Source: Kiritimatiellia bacterium
GTDB lineage: Bacteria > Verrucomicrobiota > Kiritimatiellia > RFP12 > UBA1067
Length of the DNA stretch: 64,000 bases
Assembly: GCA_050949565.1 (NCBI GenBank)
Contig: JBMNFY010000017.1
Coordinates: 512,001 to 576,000 of the forward strand
Direction of reading: 5' to 3'
The translations under genes and the position numbers were made by a program. The notes below the pieces were generated by a model. That model saw only the letters and a list, made by a program, of their open reading frames with translations. It did not search any database and was not told where the DNA came from. Below are positions 35,802 to 46,636 of this stretch, in pieces; position 1 is the stretch's first letter; each line of letters starts with the position of its first letter.

Positions 35802-37825
35802 TCAGCGAAGCCACATCAGCGTGCCTGCATTGTCGTGAAGCACTTTCAGTACGCCTGTGCCTGAGAAGTGCGTGTTGTCCTTGTACGTGGCAGCGCTGCC
35901 GCTGGCCCCGTACGTACCGGCCCGCTTCATCTTGTCACCGTAGAAGAGCCAGCCGACCGACTCATTCACGCCAGCGGCCAGATTGATCTTCGCGGTCGAA
36001 ACCCCGGACTCGGGCATCGTCACAACCGCCGTGTCAGCGATCATTGACGGATTGGTGCTGGAGAGGTCCAGCGTGCCGCTGCCGCCGACCACGATGTTAG
36101 TGCTGTTCGGGCCGAGAGAGCCGAAGTTCGACACGCTCAAGGTCCCGTTGCTGACCGTGAAGCTGCCTGAAGTCGTGTGATAGGCGTTGGTCAGTGTCAG
36201 TTTGCCGGTGCCGAGTTTAACCACGCTCACCGCACCGGTGATCATGGCGTTGTAGATCGTGTTGTCGCTCTGGTCCACCGTGAGCGTCATCGGTGCCACG
36301 CTGTACGTGACCCGCACGCCCGAACCGGCATAATCTCCTATCAACGTGCCGACGCTCTGGTCATTGCCGTTAAAGTTCAGGATCGAGCCCGCCGAGCCTT
36401 GCGACCCCTGTCGTAAAAACAGGTTGGCAGGCCAGGCGTTGGGCACGTCGACCCGGAGTTCGTTGCCGCCCGCCTCCATGGAGGTGAACGTATTCCCCGC
36501 CACGGCGATGATCACGGTACCGCCGTGCGTGTGGCAGGTGAGGCCGCCGGCGGTAATCGGCTTCTCCGCGAAGCGGATATAGGTGCCGTACACAGCCGAG
36601 CAGATAAGTCTGCCCCCGTCGACCCCGCCGACCACCTCCCAGCAGCCGTTGTTGTTGGTGCGGATGCGCGCATAGGAGGACGTGAGCTTGGCGGCCAACG
36701 TATTGGTTCCCGCGTTACTGCGCAACGTCCCCGACCAGCGGATCACATCATCACCATTTATCGTGATCGGCTCGTTCAGCGTGAATCCGCCCTCGACCAC
36801 GAGATAAGCGCCGTCTTGGACAATCGTGTTGCCCGCCGCGCTGCCCAGTGCATTCGGATGCCGGACGACAGCGTAGTTCGTCGCGATCGTTGTGACACCG
36901 CCGTAGCTATTGTTGCCGGACAGGATCAGCACGCTGTCGCCGCGCTGGGTCAGGTTGAAGGCATTGCCGCCGTCCGAGATGGCTCCGCTCACATGCAGAT
37001 ATGTGGTGCCGGTGCCGTTTTTGGTGATGTTCCAGAACTGGTGGTCGTCCAGAATCAGATCCGACGCGATCGTATAGGTCCGATCCGATGGTGACGGGGT
37101 CGAGGCACCTGCCTTGATACCGCCCCCGCCGACCGTCAGCGTGCCGGCACCAGCCGCGACAGTGAAGTCGGAGGCGGCGTTGAATGTCATCTTGGTAAAG
37201 GTCGCGGGCGTGTCCACCGTCGCCGTCGAACCGCCAGTCGCGAAAATCGCGCGCGAGAAGCCGTCGAACGAGGGCAGGGCGTCGCCGTCCCAATTCGCGG
37301 CCACGCTGAACCCGTCACCTGCACCGGTGCCGCCGCCGTCCCACACCGCATCGGCATACACGACCTGAGTCCCGCTGATGACGTTCAGTGTGCCGAGCCC
37401 GCTGAAGAAGGTGTCGTTCACATGATCCGCGCCGCTGCCGACCGCGCCCCACGTGCCCGCAATCTGCTGCTCGCCGTCCAGAAACAGTTTGTCGACGGTG
37501 ACCGTGACACCCTCCTTGATCGCGACCTTGGCACCTTCCTGCACGCGCACGGCTGTTGTGTCGGGCAGCGCGGCCGAATTGCGCAGTTCCAGCGTACCGC
37601 CGCCGACCCTGACAAGCTGGCAAGCGCTAAATCCGGCGGTTTCAGCGATCACGATGGAGCCCCCGTTGAGGACCACGTCGCCGGTAGTGGTTGAGATCAC
37701 ATTGGTGATGGTGATGCGCCCGCCGTTGTTCTTGACCAGTGTCACCGCACCGTCAAACGCGCCCGCGTAGACACTATTACCGCCCTGATTGACGGTGAGC
37801 GTCGCCGGCAGGGTACGATGTTCAT
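35802..37825 (-). pseudogene. 5'-truncated autotransporter-associated beta-strand repeat protein; ends GTLMWLR
   Basis: Repeat-like coding (LPATLTVNQGGNSVYAGAFDGAVTLVK) continues upstream of GTG 37745. The GAGGAGG-preceded ATG at 37825 is out of frame with the body, and there is no signal peptide. Confidence 0.65.
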
Positions 37826-37928
37826 CCTCCTCTGACGCAGGTTCTGACGCAGGTGCAAAACGGGTTCACGCCCGCCGCATCCTTTGCTATCATGTAGGGC
37901 GTTTTGAAGCATACAAGGAGAATTCGTG

Positions 37929-38735
37929 ATGAATGGATTTCAGATCGTCGTGTGCGGCAGCTTGGTGCCTGATCCGCTACAGACACTCGAACCGGTGACA
38001 ACCCCGCAAGGCCCGGGACTCAAGAACGAGACCATGTTGCCGTCGGTGCTCGACCCGTGGTCGGCCCACGCGCTGTACGAAGCGGCCAACCTCGCCAAAC
38101 AGGTGGCAGACAGCAAGGTCTATCTCGTGAGCCTCGGCCCCAAGGCCAAACTGCAGCAACTCATGATGACCGTGGCGCAGAAGGTGCCCTTCGAACTGGT
38201 CGCGTTGGATGGCAGCGCCAGTGGCTTTACCGATGCGCATGGCGTGGCGGCGGCTTTGGCCGATGCCATCGCCGCGATCCCGGGTCTCGACAAGAGCCGC
38301 CTGTTGGTCTTCGGCGGTTGTGCCTCGGCTTCACGCGACGCCAGCGTAACCATGCAACTCGTCTGCGAACGCCTCGGCATCCGTAATTTCTTCGCGGGCG
38401 TGGATGAGTTCAAGGTGGCCGAAGACGGCTCCTTCACGGTGCTGGAGCGTATCGAGGGGGGCGAATATCTGGCCTCCTCTTGCAAAGGCGCGCCCGCTGT
38501 ACTCGCCTGGGCCACGGGTAACCTGCCCGAACCGCCCAACAACCCGCAGGTCGGCATGGCAAATATGCGCGGCGTGATGCCGTCGCTGATGAAGGCCAAA
38601 CCGACCCCGTCGGGCGTCGGTGGTATCGCCTACGAAACAACCGAAATCCCGCCGCAGAAACGCCAGACCCGCATCGTCAAGGATGCCTCGGCCGACGAGA
38701 TCGCCAAAGAGATCGTCGAGTGGATCAACAACTGA
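37929..38735 (+). CDS. etfB: Electron transfer flavoprotein beta subunit (divergent)
   Basis: IVVCGSLVPD, ALYEAA, VSLGP, ERIEGG; paired with the alpha subunit. Confidence 0.8.
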   Translation: MNGFQIVVCGSLVPDPLQTLEPVTTPQGPGLKNETMLPSVLDPWSAHALYEAANLAKQVADSKVYLVSLGPKAKLQQLMMTVAQKVPFELVALDGSASGFTDAHGVAAALADAIAAIPGLDKSRLLVFGGCASASRDASVTMQLVCERLGIRNFFAGVDEFKVAEDGSFTVLERIEGGEYLASSCKGAPAVLAWATGNLPEPPNNPQVGMANMRGVMPSLMKAKPTPSGVGGIAYETTEIPPQKRQTRIVKDASADEIAKEIVEWINN

Positions 38736-38755
38736 TTTGAATGAGGACGCTTTCC

Positions 38756-39766
38756 ATGTCTAAGACACTCGCACTTCTGCACACCCAGGCCGACGGCTCA
38801 CTGCCCAAGGCCGCCCTTGAAACCCTCACCGCCGCCGTTGCGCTGGGCCAACCCTTCGACGTGGCGATCCTCGGCACCGGCGCGTCAGCCGCAGCCGACG
38901 CCATTCAGGGCTGCGGCGCGGCCACGTTCTACACGGTCGACGATCCGGCAGTCGCGCAGCCGCGCTATGCCACAGACACCGCCGCCGCCGTCGCATTGAT
39001 CCAGGCCGCCGGGGCTGAACTCGTGCTGGCGCCTGGGACCTCGCGATTCTCGCGCTGTCTGCCCGGTGCCGCGCACCGCGTCGACGCGCAGATCGATACC
39101 CACATCGTGGCGTTGAAGGCTGAAGGCGACACCCTGCGTGCCCAGCGTTGGTTCTACCGCCAGCGCATCCTCGGCACCTTCAGCCGCGCGGCACGCCCCT
39201 GGCTGTTGCTGCTCGACTCCGGTGTGTTCGCTCCCTGGCAGGGGGCGGCCGGCAAGGCCGACGCGCAGGCCGTAGCCGTCACCTTTGCTGAAGACGACCA
39301 GCGCACCACCGTAACCGGCGTGCAGAAGCCGGTTGCCGACGCGCAGACGATCCGGCCGGATGCGAAGCTGCTCTTCGTGGCGGGCGCGGGCTGGACCAAG
39401 AAGCAAAAAGACGGCCAGTTCCACATTGGCGATGCCAGCACACTGATCCTCGACTTCCTCGGCAAGACGCAAGCCTCGCTCGGCAGCAGCAAATCACTGG
39501 TGGACATTCAGGGCGAGGGCCAGGAGACCTTGAGTTTCATGTCGCACATGAACCAAGTGGGACAGACTGGCTCGACGCCGCGCCACCCCAAAGGCCTCGC
39601 AACCTGCTGCCACGGCGAAGAGCCGCACGCGGTCGGCTGGCGCTTCATCAACGAGCGCCGCGCAGTCAACTTGGATCCGAACTGCGGTTGGGCGCAGGGC
39701 AAAGCCGACGTGCTCTACGTGGCCGACGCCTTCGAAGTGATGGCCAAAGTCAACGCGTTGCTCTAA
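38756..39766 (+). CDS. etfA: Electron transfer flavoprotein alpha subunit (divergent)
   Basis: QVGQTG, AVNLDP, ADVLYVADAFEV C-terminal ETF-alpha signature. Confidence 0.82.
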   Translation: MSKTLALLHTQADGSLPKAALETLTAAVALGQPFDVAILGTGASAAADAIQGCGAATFYTVDDPAVAQPRYATDTAAAVALIQAAGAELVLAPGTSRFSRCLPGAAHRVDAQIDTHIVALKAEGDTLRAQRWFYRQRILGTFSRAARPWLLLLDSGVFAPWQGAAGKADAQAVAVTFAEDDQRTTVTGVQKPVADAQTIRPDAKLLFVAGAGWTKKQKDGQFHIGDASTLILDFLGKTQASLGSSKSLVDIQGEGQETLSFMSHMNQVGQTGSTPRHPKGLATCCHGEEPHAVGWRFINERRAVNLDPNCGWAQGKADVLYVADAFEVMAKVNALL

Positions 39767-39786
39767 CGCGGACGGAGCCCGTAACC

Positions 39787-39820
39787 TTCACCCCGCCCTC
39801 TTCCGGAGGGCGGGGGTGAA
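39787..39820 (+). terminator. GC-rich hairpin after etfA (terminator or REP-like)
   Basis: TTCACCCC-GCCCTC..GAGGGC-GGGGGTGAA inverted repeat. Confidence 0.55.
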
Positions 39821-39846
39821 AACGGCTCTTCTTTCATTTTCACGTG

Positions 39847-39952
39847 TTTAAACTCCTTTCCCTGTTGACAGCCTTCAGCCGAGCGTGATATAAAAACCGG
39901 TATACAGCTTTTAATAACCTGTGTTTTACCAGTATGGCGAAAGGAGTCAGGC
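39847..39952 (+). promoter_or_regulatory. Promoter/operator/RBS block, paralog of 43508-43613
   Basis: TTGACA (39865), TGATATAAA extended -10-like element, AAAACCGGTATAC candidate operator, AAGGAG RBS. Confidence 0.7.
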
Positions 39953-40662
39953 ATGCATGCTCAAGGACGGAGTTCGCGGTTCGCTATTTCGATCAGGACG
40001 GGAGCGGTCATCGGGCCGCCCCTTCTCACGGGGAGTATGCGACCCTTGTATTCTGCTGCATGTTCGTTATCCACTCTCGTGCCGAAACCGTGGCCTTGTG
40101 GAAGCTAGATTATGAGGCCGGTGATAGTGTCTTGAACGCGCGTTGCCTACTGAACCCGGCGCACGATTTGTTACCTTCGGGTTCCTTATGCGCTCCAGAG
40201 GGAGCCTCACACGACTAAAAACCAGGGAGACACACAATGAAAACCTGCCAGACTAAGAAATGCGCTTGGATGCGTACTCCGCTCATGGTCGTTTCGGTTA
40301 CGTATACAAGTATGGCTCTCGCCCTAGCCTATAACGATGTCACCGCGTGGTGGCATTTCGATTGTGATGCCGATCAGAATGAGCGAGCGGATATGTCAGA
40401 AATCCGTGACCAACGCGATTGGGGCACATCAGCGTTAAAGGGGGCGTCAGGGTATCACGCCACCTCTGTTAACGGTGGTTTGGGGGTGCCCTCATGGACA
40501 AACGAAGTCGTGAGTCCGGCGGGAGGTGCTTTGTATGGAGGGTTTGATCGCTTGTCTCAGTTGGTTGGGCAAACCCATTTTAACCTAGTATCCGCGGTGA
40601 TCACGCCCGGTAAGTGGTATGAGGCAAAGGCAGCAAAGGGGGAAACATGGACAGAAGGGTGA
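39953..40662 (+). pseudogene. Relics of LamG-type surface protein genes
   Basis: 39953 starts MHAQGRSSRFAISIRTGAVIG (paralog of 43614), then frameshifts to AETVALWKLD. The 40237 ORF has a signal peptide and VTAWWHFD but is short and apparently truncated. Confidence 0.6.
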
Positions 40663-42875
40663 TACGGGTGTTGACGGCCGGTGCGCTGACGATGTTCGCG
40701 ATAACAGCCTGCTGTGCGCAGCAGGTGCTGTATGTGGATGCGCAACGCGGCAGTGATCTCCATGACGGAACGCAAGCGAAACCATTTGCATCGCTGGCGC
40801 GGGCGCGCGACGCCGTGCGCGCCCTGAAAAAGGCGAATGCTTTTCCAGAGCGGGGCGTGGTCATCGAGGTGTCCGGCAACTTTTCGCTGGCGACCCAAAA
40901 CTTGGTGCTGGAAGCGCAAGATGGCGGTACTGGACCTGATGCGCCGGTGGTGGTCCGGGCCGGCGCGAGCGGTGCCGTAATCACGGGTGGCCATGCGCTG
41001 CCGCCGGAGGGTTTCCGCAAGGTGACAGACGACGCGACGCGCACCCGCCTGCCCGAGGCCGCGCGCGAGCACGTTGTGGTGTTTGACCTCGCAAGTGTGG
41101 GGGTGGAAGCCTTGGAGCCCCTGCCGGACAAATTCAGCGGATGGCGCGAGATGGAAATCTTCTGCGACGGCAAGGCGATGCGACTGGCGCGCTGGCCGAA
41201 CACCGGCTGGACGGAGATCGTCAAGGTCATTGATCGCGGTGTCAAGCCGGTCGACAAAGCGACCGGCGAATGGGAGCACGGCTACAAAGGAGGCACCTTT
41301 GAATACACGGGCGACGCGCCATCGCGCTGGCGGGTCGACAAAGGGATCTGGATGAACGGTTTCTGGTGTCACGACTGGGCCAATGAAACGCTCAAGATCG
41401 GGACGATCGACACCGCCAAGCGCTGGATCACTTCGGCCGGCATCCACACGTACGGCATCGGCAACTCGTCCAAATGGCGCACGGCCAAACGCCGTTATTA
41501 TGTCTTCAACCTGCTCGAAGAACTTGACGCGCCGGGCGAATGGTATGTGGACCGGGAAAACCGCATGCTCTATTTTTATCCGCCGGACGGCGCGGTTGAT
41601 GCCGTGGTTTTGGCGGTGCAGAAAAAACCGTTGATCCAACTGGTCAAGACGGCTCATGTCAGGCTGGAGGGGCTTCAGTTTGCCTTCAGCATTGGACATG
41701 CGGTCTCCATTCAAGAGTGCGAGAACGTGCTGTTGAAGGAACTGCGCGTGGCGCACATCACGACCGACGGCGTGAACATCCATGGCGGGCGCAACTGCGG
41801 CTTGGACGGGTGTGAAGTCTACGGCACGGGCGGCACAGGCGTGAGGGTATACGGCGGCGACAGGAAATCACTGACCGGCTGCGGCCACTTCGTCACGAAC
41901 TGCCACCTGCATCATTGCGGACGCTTACAGCGCACTCAGGGGAAGTGCTTATCGTTTTTCGGAGTCGGCGTGCGCGTCGCGCACAATCTGATCCATGATT
42001 CGCCTTACGTCGCGGTCATGTACAACGGTAATGACCATGTGTTCGAATATAACGAGGTCCACTCGGCGATGATGGAGAGCGGTGACGGCGGCGGTCTCTA
42101 CACGGGGCGCGACTGGGGGTCGCAGGGGACGGTCATCCGCTACAATTATTTCCATCACTTCGGACAGCCAGGGGTGACGTGGCAGAAAGCGCAGGGATTG
42201 TCGCCGGACTATGAGCCGCTCAAAGAGAGCGTGATGGTCATGGGCGTTTACCTAGATGACTGTGACAGCGGGGAGACGGTCTGCGACAATCTGTTTTTCC
42301 GTACCGGCTGGGCGGCGTTCGTCGGCGGCGGGCGCTACAATACGATTCGCAACAATCTTTTCATCGAGTGTACCTCCGCGTTGCATCTTGACGACCGCGG
42401 TCTGAAACGGGCGCGCCCGGGCGAGGGAACCAAGGACGGCTGGGATCTATCGGCCAAGCTGGAGGCGGTCAACTGGCAGGAGTCGCCGTGGAAAGATCGC
42501 TATCCGCACTTGGTGAACATCATGGAGGACGAGCCGAAGTTGCCGTTGCACAATGTGTTTGAAAAGAACGTGGCCATCAACTGCCCGCGCTTCTTGCAAA
42601 TGCACGGGACGGTCAAAGAGACGGCGGTGCCGCGCTTGACATTCCGTGACAATCTCGTGTTCGGGACGATCCATGCGAAAGACGCCGAGGCCTTTCCCCA
42701 GAACGAAGAGGGGCGGCAGCGCGTTGCATTCATGACGGAGACTTTGCCGGACAGTAACGAACCCGATCAGACCGGATTCAAGGTGCAGGAGAGCGAGATG
42801 TTCCGGCGGCTGGCGCCTTGGTTCGAGCGTATTCCGCTTGAACGCATCGGGCGCAGTGCGCCGCGTGCGAAGTAG
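40647..42875 (+). CDS. Secreted right-handed parallel beta-helix protein (GH141-like architecture)
   Basis: YVDAQRGSD..GT..PFASLARARDAVR, LARWPN, LEELDAPGEWY, DGGGLYTG, GVYLDD. Confidence 0.82.
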   Translation: MDRRVIRVLTAGALTMFAITACCAQQVLYVDAQRGSDLHDGTQAKPFASLARARDAVRALKKANAFPERGVVIEVSGNFSLATQNLVLEAQDGGTGPDAPVVVRAGASGAVITGGHALPPEGFRKVTDDATRTRLPEAAREHVVVFDLASVGVEALEPLPDKFSGWREMEIFCDGKAMRLARWPNTGWTEIVKVIDRGVKPVDKATGEWEHGYKGGTFEYTGDAPSRWRVDKGIWMNGFWCHDWANETLKIGTIDTAKRWITSAGIHTYGIGNSSKWRTAKRRYYVFNLLEELDAPGEWYVDRENRMLYFYPPDGAVDAVVLAVQKKPLIQLVKTAHVRLEGLQFAFSIGHAVSIQECENVLLKELRVAHITTDGVNIHGGRNCGLDGCEVYGTGGTGVRVYGGDRKSLTGCGHFVTNCHLHHCGRLQRTQGKCLSFFGVGVRVAHNLIHDSPYVAVMYNGNDHVFEYNEVHSAMMESGDGGGLYTGRDWGSQGTVIRYNYFHHFGQPGVTWQKAQGLSPDYEPLKESVMVMGVYLDDCDSGETVCDNLFFRTGWAAFVGGGRYNTIRNNLFIECTSALHLDDRGLKRARPGEGTKDGWDLSAKLEAVNWQESPWKDRYPHLVNIMEDEPKLPLHNVFEKNVAINCPRFLQMHGTVKETAVPRLTFRDNLVFGTIHAKDAEAFPQNEEGRQRVAFMTETLPDSNEPDQTGFKVQESEMFRRLAPWFERIPLERIGRSAPRAK

Positions 42876-42880
42876 GACTT

Positions 42881-43048
42881 GATGAATTGCGTAAGGCGTA
42901 CGATACGATGCACGCGCACATTTCTTGGAGTATGGCGGACGCGCTGACGGCGTTTGATGCCGCGACCGCCGCTGCGACTCGGAAAGGTCGTGCGCCCAGC
43001 GATCCGGTGCATGACGCGTTCGCGCAGATCACGGCCCGCTTCACGTGA
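42881..43048 (+). pseudogene. Internally deleted 3' relic of a GntR gene paralogous to 56646-57404
   Basis: Reads DELRKAYDTMH|AHISWSMADALTAFDAATAAATRKGRAPSDPVHDAFAQITARFT*, matching two separated parts of the intact gene. Confidence 0.9.
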
Positions 43049-43055
43049 TGGCTCA

Positions 43056-43509
43056 AACCATGAAACACATGAAACTTCATGAAAGGTTGAGGGCATGAAA
43101 GAAAAGATCACGGCGGTCTATGAAGAGGAGTGCTATCAGATACGCGGGGCCTTGTATGACGTGTACACGGTGCTCGGAACTGGTTTCTCGGAAGAGGTCT
43201 ACCAAGAGGCGCTGGAGAAAGAATTTGCCATGCGCCATATCCCTTTTGTGTCACAGCAAGTCCTGCGATTTCATACAAAGGGGAATGGCTTGCAAAGACC
43301 TACAAAGCAGATCTGGTCTGTTACGACAAAATCATTCTCGAATTGAAAGCTGTCAAAGCCCTGCTTTCCGAGCACGAGGCGCAACTCATCAATTACCTTA
43401 AAGCAACCGGAATGCGTCTGGGCTTTCTCGTCAACTTTTGTCATTTTCCCAAGGCAGAGATACGCACATATGTAAACTAATTTCATGAAGTTTCATGTGT
43501 TTCATGGTT
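43056..43509 (+). mobile_element. GxxExxY element copy 1 bounded by 29-bp terminal inverted repeats
   Basis: AACCATGAAACACATGAAACTTCATGAAA at 43056-43084 and its exact reverse complement at 43481-43509. Confidence 0.75.
43095..43480 (+). pseudogene. GxxExxY PD-(D/E)XK protein, frameshifted
   Basis: GTGFSEEVY motif. One G is missing at about 43268 (CTGCGATTT vs CTGCGGATTT in the intact copy). Confidence 0.9.
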
Positions 43510-43613
43510 TAAACTCCTTTCCCTGTTGACAGCCGCCAGCCGAACGTGATATAAAACCGGTATACAGCTTTTATTAACCTGTGTTTTAACCGGTGTGGCA
43601 AGAGGAGTTAGGT
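43508..43613 (+). promoter_or_regulatory. Promoter/operator/RBS of the LamG gene
   Basis: TTGACA at 43526, TGATATAAA, AAAACCGGTATAC at 43553-43565, GAGGAG RBS. Confidence 0.7.
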
Positions 43614-46600
43614 ATGCATGCTCAAGGACGGAGTTCACGGTTTGCTGTTTCAATCAAGACGGGGGCGGTCATTGGGCTGTTCCTCCTTATGGGCGCACAT
43701 GGTGCACGTGCCGCCGACGCAGTGCTCAGTTTCAGTGCCAGTGGCCAGCGGGTTGTCACCACCGGCCAGATCACGGCCAATGACTTCACAGCGGAGGCGT
43801 GGTTCAAGCTATCCAGCTACATCTCTGAAAACCAGATCTTTTCGCAATACCGCGACGATGCCGGTCGCTTTATTGTCGGTATCAAGGACAAGGTCGCGGG
43901 CATGTTCATCGGCGGCACCTGGATGACGGGCAGCGGTACGATCCCGCTCAATACTTGGACTCACATTGCTGTCTCGCGTAGCAACACGACCTGGACCATC
44001 TACATCAACGGCCAGTTCTATACGAACGGCGTCCATAACGCGAATCCTCTCGCCAACACAACGTTTGCAATCGGCGCGATCGGCACCACGGCACCGGGCT
44101 TCCGGGGAGAGATCAGCGATGTGCGTGCCTGGAATACGGTCCGCTCTCAAGCGCAGATCGCTGGCGGGTTGGACACGCGCCTTACCGGCACTGAGGCAGG
44201 ACTTGCGCACTACTGGCCGCTGAATGAGGGCTTAGGTAGTACGGTCGCGGATCTTGCTGCTGGAGCCTCAGGAACGCTCGGTGCCGGTGTTGCTTGGGCC
44301 GTTAGTACCGATCTGCCGTTCTCGACGGCGCGACAGGACGGCACCGTTGCCTACTGGCGGCTGGACGCAGATGCGTCCGGTACGTTGGACACGCGCGACT
44401 TTATCGGCAACGCCCGCTTGTCGAGCGGTCTCGATATAACCGCGCACACAACAACCATGCAGGCCAGCCGCAATCAGGCGTTCAGCGGCCAACCGCCGAA
44501 CAGCACGCTGCCCCTGCCGAACGGTAACTCCGGTTCGGCGTACGCGCAGGCCAACGGTGCCTGTCTGCGCGTCACCGATCTGGGACGCCACTTGGAAATC
44601 ACCAACAGCTTTACGGTCGAGGGTTGGATCGCTCCGCACCGGCAAGATTATGATACAGACATCCAGTACATCGCTAATACGCGTGTTTTCACCAAGGGAT
44701 GGGCCTTCGCGCTCAAACGCATGTCGGACGGCACGCGCAGGCTCGTCATCTACGCTGGGGATGACAGTGGCGTTCAAGTTGGCGACGCATCGCTCTCCGG
44801 CGACCTGGCGGCGTGGGCGGACACCTGGCGGCATGTGGCGCTGGTCTATGATGCAAATGCGGGCGAACAGGCGCAGGGTGCCTGGCGGTGCTATCTGGAT
44901 GGCGAGCTGCAGGGCGCGGCCACCAATCAACAGGCGCGTGTCGGCACCACTGCCTCCGAGTATTTCCATTTGGCCGGCCGCATTGGCGGCCACCCCGCTA
45001 CTTTCTGCGGTTATCTGGATTGTTGGCGTGTGAGCCAGGCCGCGCTCGTACCCGAGCAGTTTCTCAACGCGACCGACGGCGCGGTCGCCGCGACCGACGT
45101 GCTGGCGCTATGGCCGCTGAATTCAACGGACGGGGTCTACTTCGATGGTTCGGACGTGACCGGCAACTGGTCGTTCGGCACACCGTTGACAGCCTTGCAC
45201 AAGGCCACAGGCAGCACATCGCAGGCGGTAACCCCGCTTCCCAATCCGGATGCGTCGGCCGCATTTCGCGGTGATCCCGCCGTCAATACTGGCAGTCTGG
45301 TGTTCAACACACCGGCGGCAGCAGCCAAGCGCGCGTATCTCGCCTCCGACAATTATACCGTGCGCGACACGCTCTGTTACACCAACAGCTTTACACTGGA
45401 GGGGTGGTTCTATCGGACACTGAATCCGGGCGGCTGGCAACTTCTCTTTGCGACGGGCGGGGCACCGGTGTTCAGCAATCCGATCGTCGGCCTGTCACTC
45501 AATTTCACCTACCGGACCAACGGTTACGTGCTCTTCGCGGGTGGTGGGTGGCCGGGGACGCTCGTGAGCGATGTGTCGTTCGGCACTGGGTCGATTGATA
45601 ACGAACTGAACGTCTGGCGGCATGTTGCGTTGGTCTACGACGTGACCGTCGGCAAGGGGACCTGGTCGCTCTATGTGGACGGCACGCTCAAAGGCAGCAT
45701 CGAAAACAACACAGTGCCGACCCGTTCCGTACCGGCTTACTTCTATATCGGCGGGCGCCCGTGGTCGGACAACGCGTTCAACGGCGCGATCGATACCGTG
45801 CGCCTGACGCGCGGCGTGCTCGCGCCGTCGCAGTTCCTCAATGCTGCAGGCGCACCGCCGCCCGCTCCGCCCGCGCCCGCGACGGTCGCCTATTGGAAGC
45901 TGGATGACGACGGCGCCGCGCTCGATGCCTCCAGCCAGGTGGAGCCGCGCTACGGCTTCGCGCTGGATGCGTACGCGCCTCGCCGCTTCGGCGGCGCAGT
46001 TCAAGCGCTTCGTCCCGGTGCCGGACACGACGCCCGGCTTCATCGGCGAACCCGCGCGCCAACGCCGGTTCGGCGGCTTTTGACAGTGCCAATTATTTGC
46101 GTGTGCAGAGTCTTGGCATCCGAGTCGAAATGGATTGCGCTTTTACGGTCGAGGGCTGGATGTTCTGGAGCAACCGGGCCGCCCGTGCGGTGCAAACGAT
46201 CGCGGGAACGCGCTTCGACGCGACGTACGGCTGGAGGCTGTCGCTTGAAAAGAACGGCGACGCGGCGGCGTTCCGGCTCTTCTGTCGTACGCCGAATCAG
46301 ACGCCGCTGATTGATGCCACTTTCGCTTTTGATGCCGCTGGACTAGCCGACGCGTGGCACCATCTGGCGCTGACCTTTACGCCCCGCCGCAATGATACCG
46401 GCACATGGGAACTCTTCGTTGACGGGGTCTCGGTCGGTACGCTTGAAAACATCTTCTATCCCGCCGTGCCTCACCGGAGCCACTGGTTTGCGCTGGGTGG
46501 GCAGGCCGATGGCACCGATTCGTCGTTCGACGGACTGCTCGACTGCTGGCGCGTCTCGGAGGGTGCGCGGACGCCCGACACCTTCCTGTATTTGGGGTAT

Positions 46601-46630
46601 GACAAAGGGACACTGCTGAAGATCCGCTGA
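43614..46630 (+). pseudogene. Multi-LamG (concanavalin-like) secreted protein with two frameshifts (~45980 and ~46050); ends GTLLKIR
   Basis: Four LamG-like repeats (FTxEGW, WRHVALVYD, LYVDG, FxGxLDxxR). The fourth repeat passes through three successive frames. May be a sequencing error in an intact gene. Confidence 0.75.
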
Positions 46631-46636
46631 TGAGGG

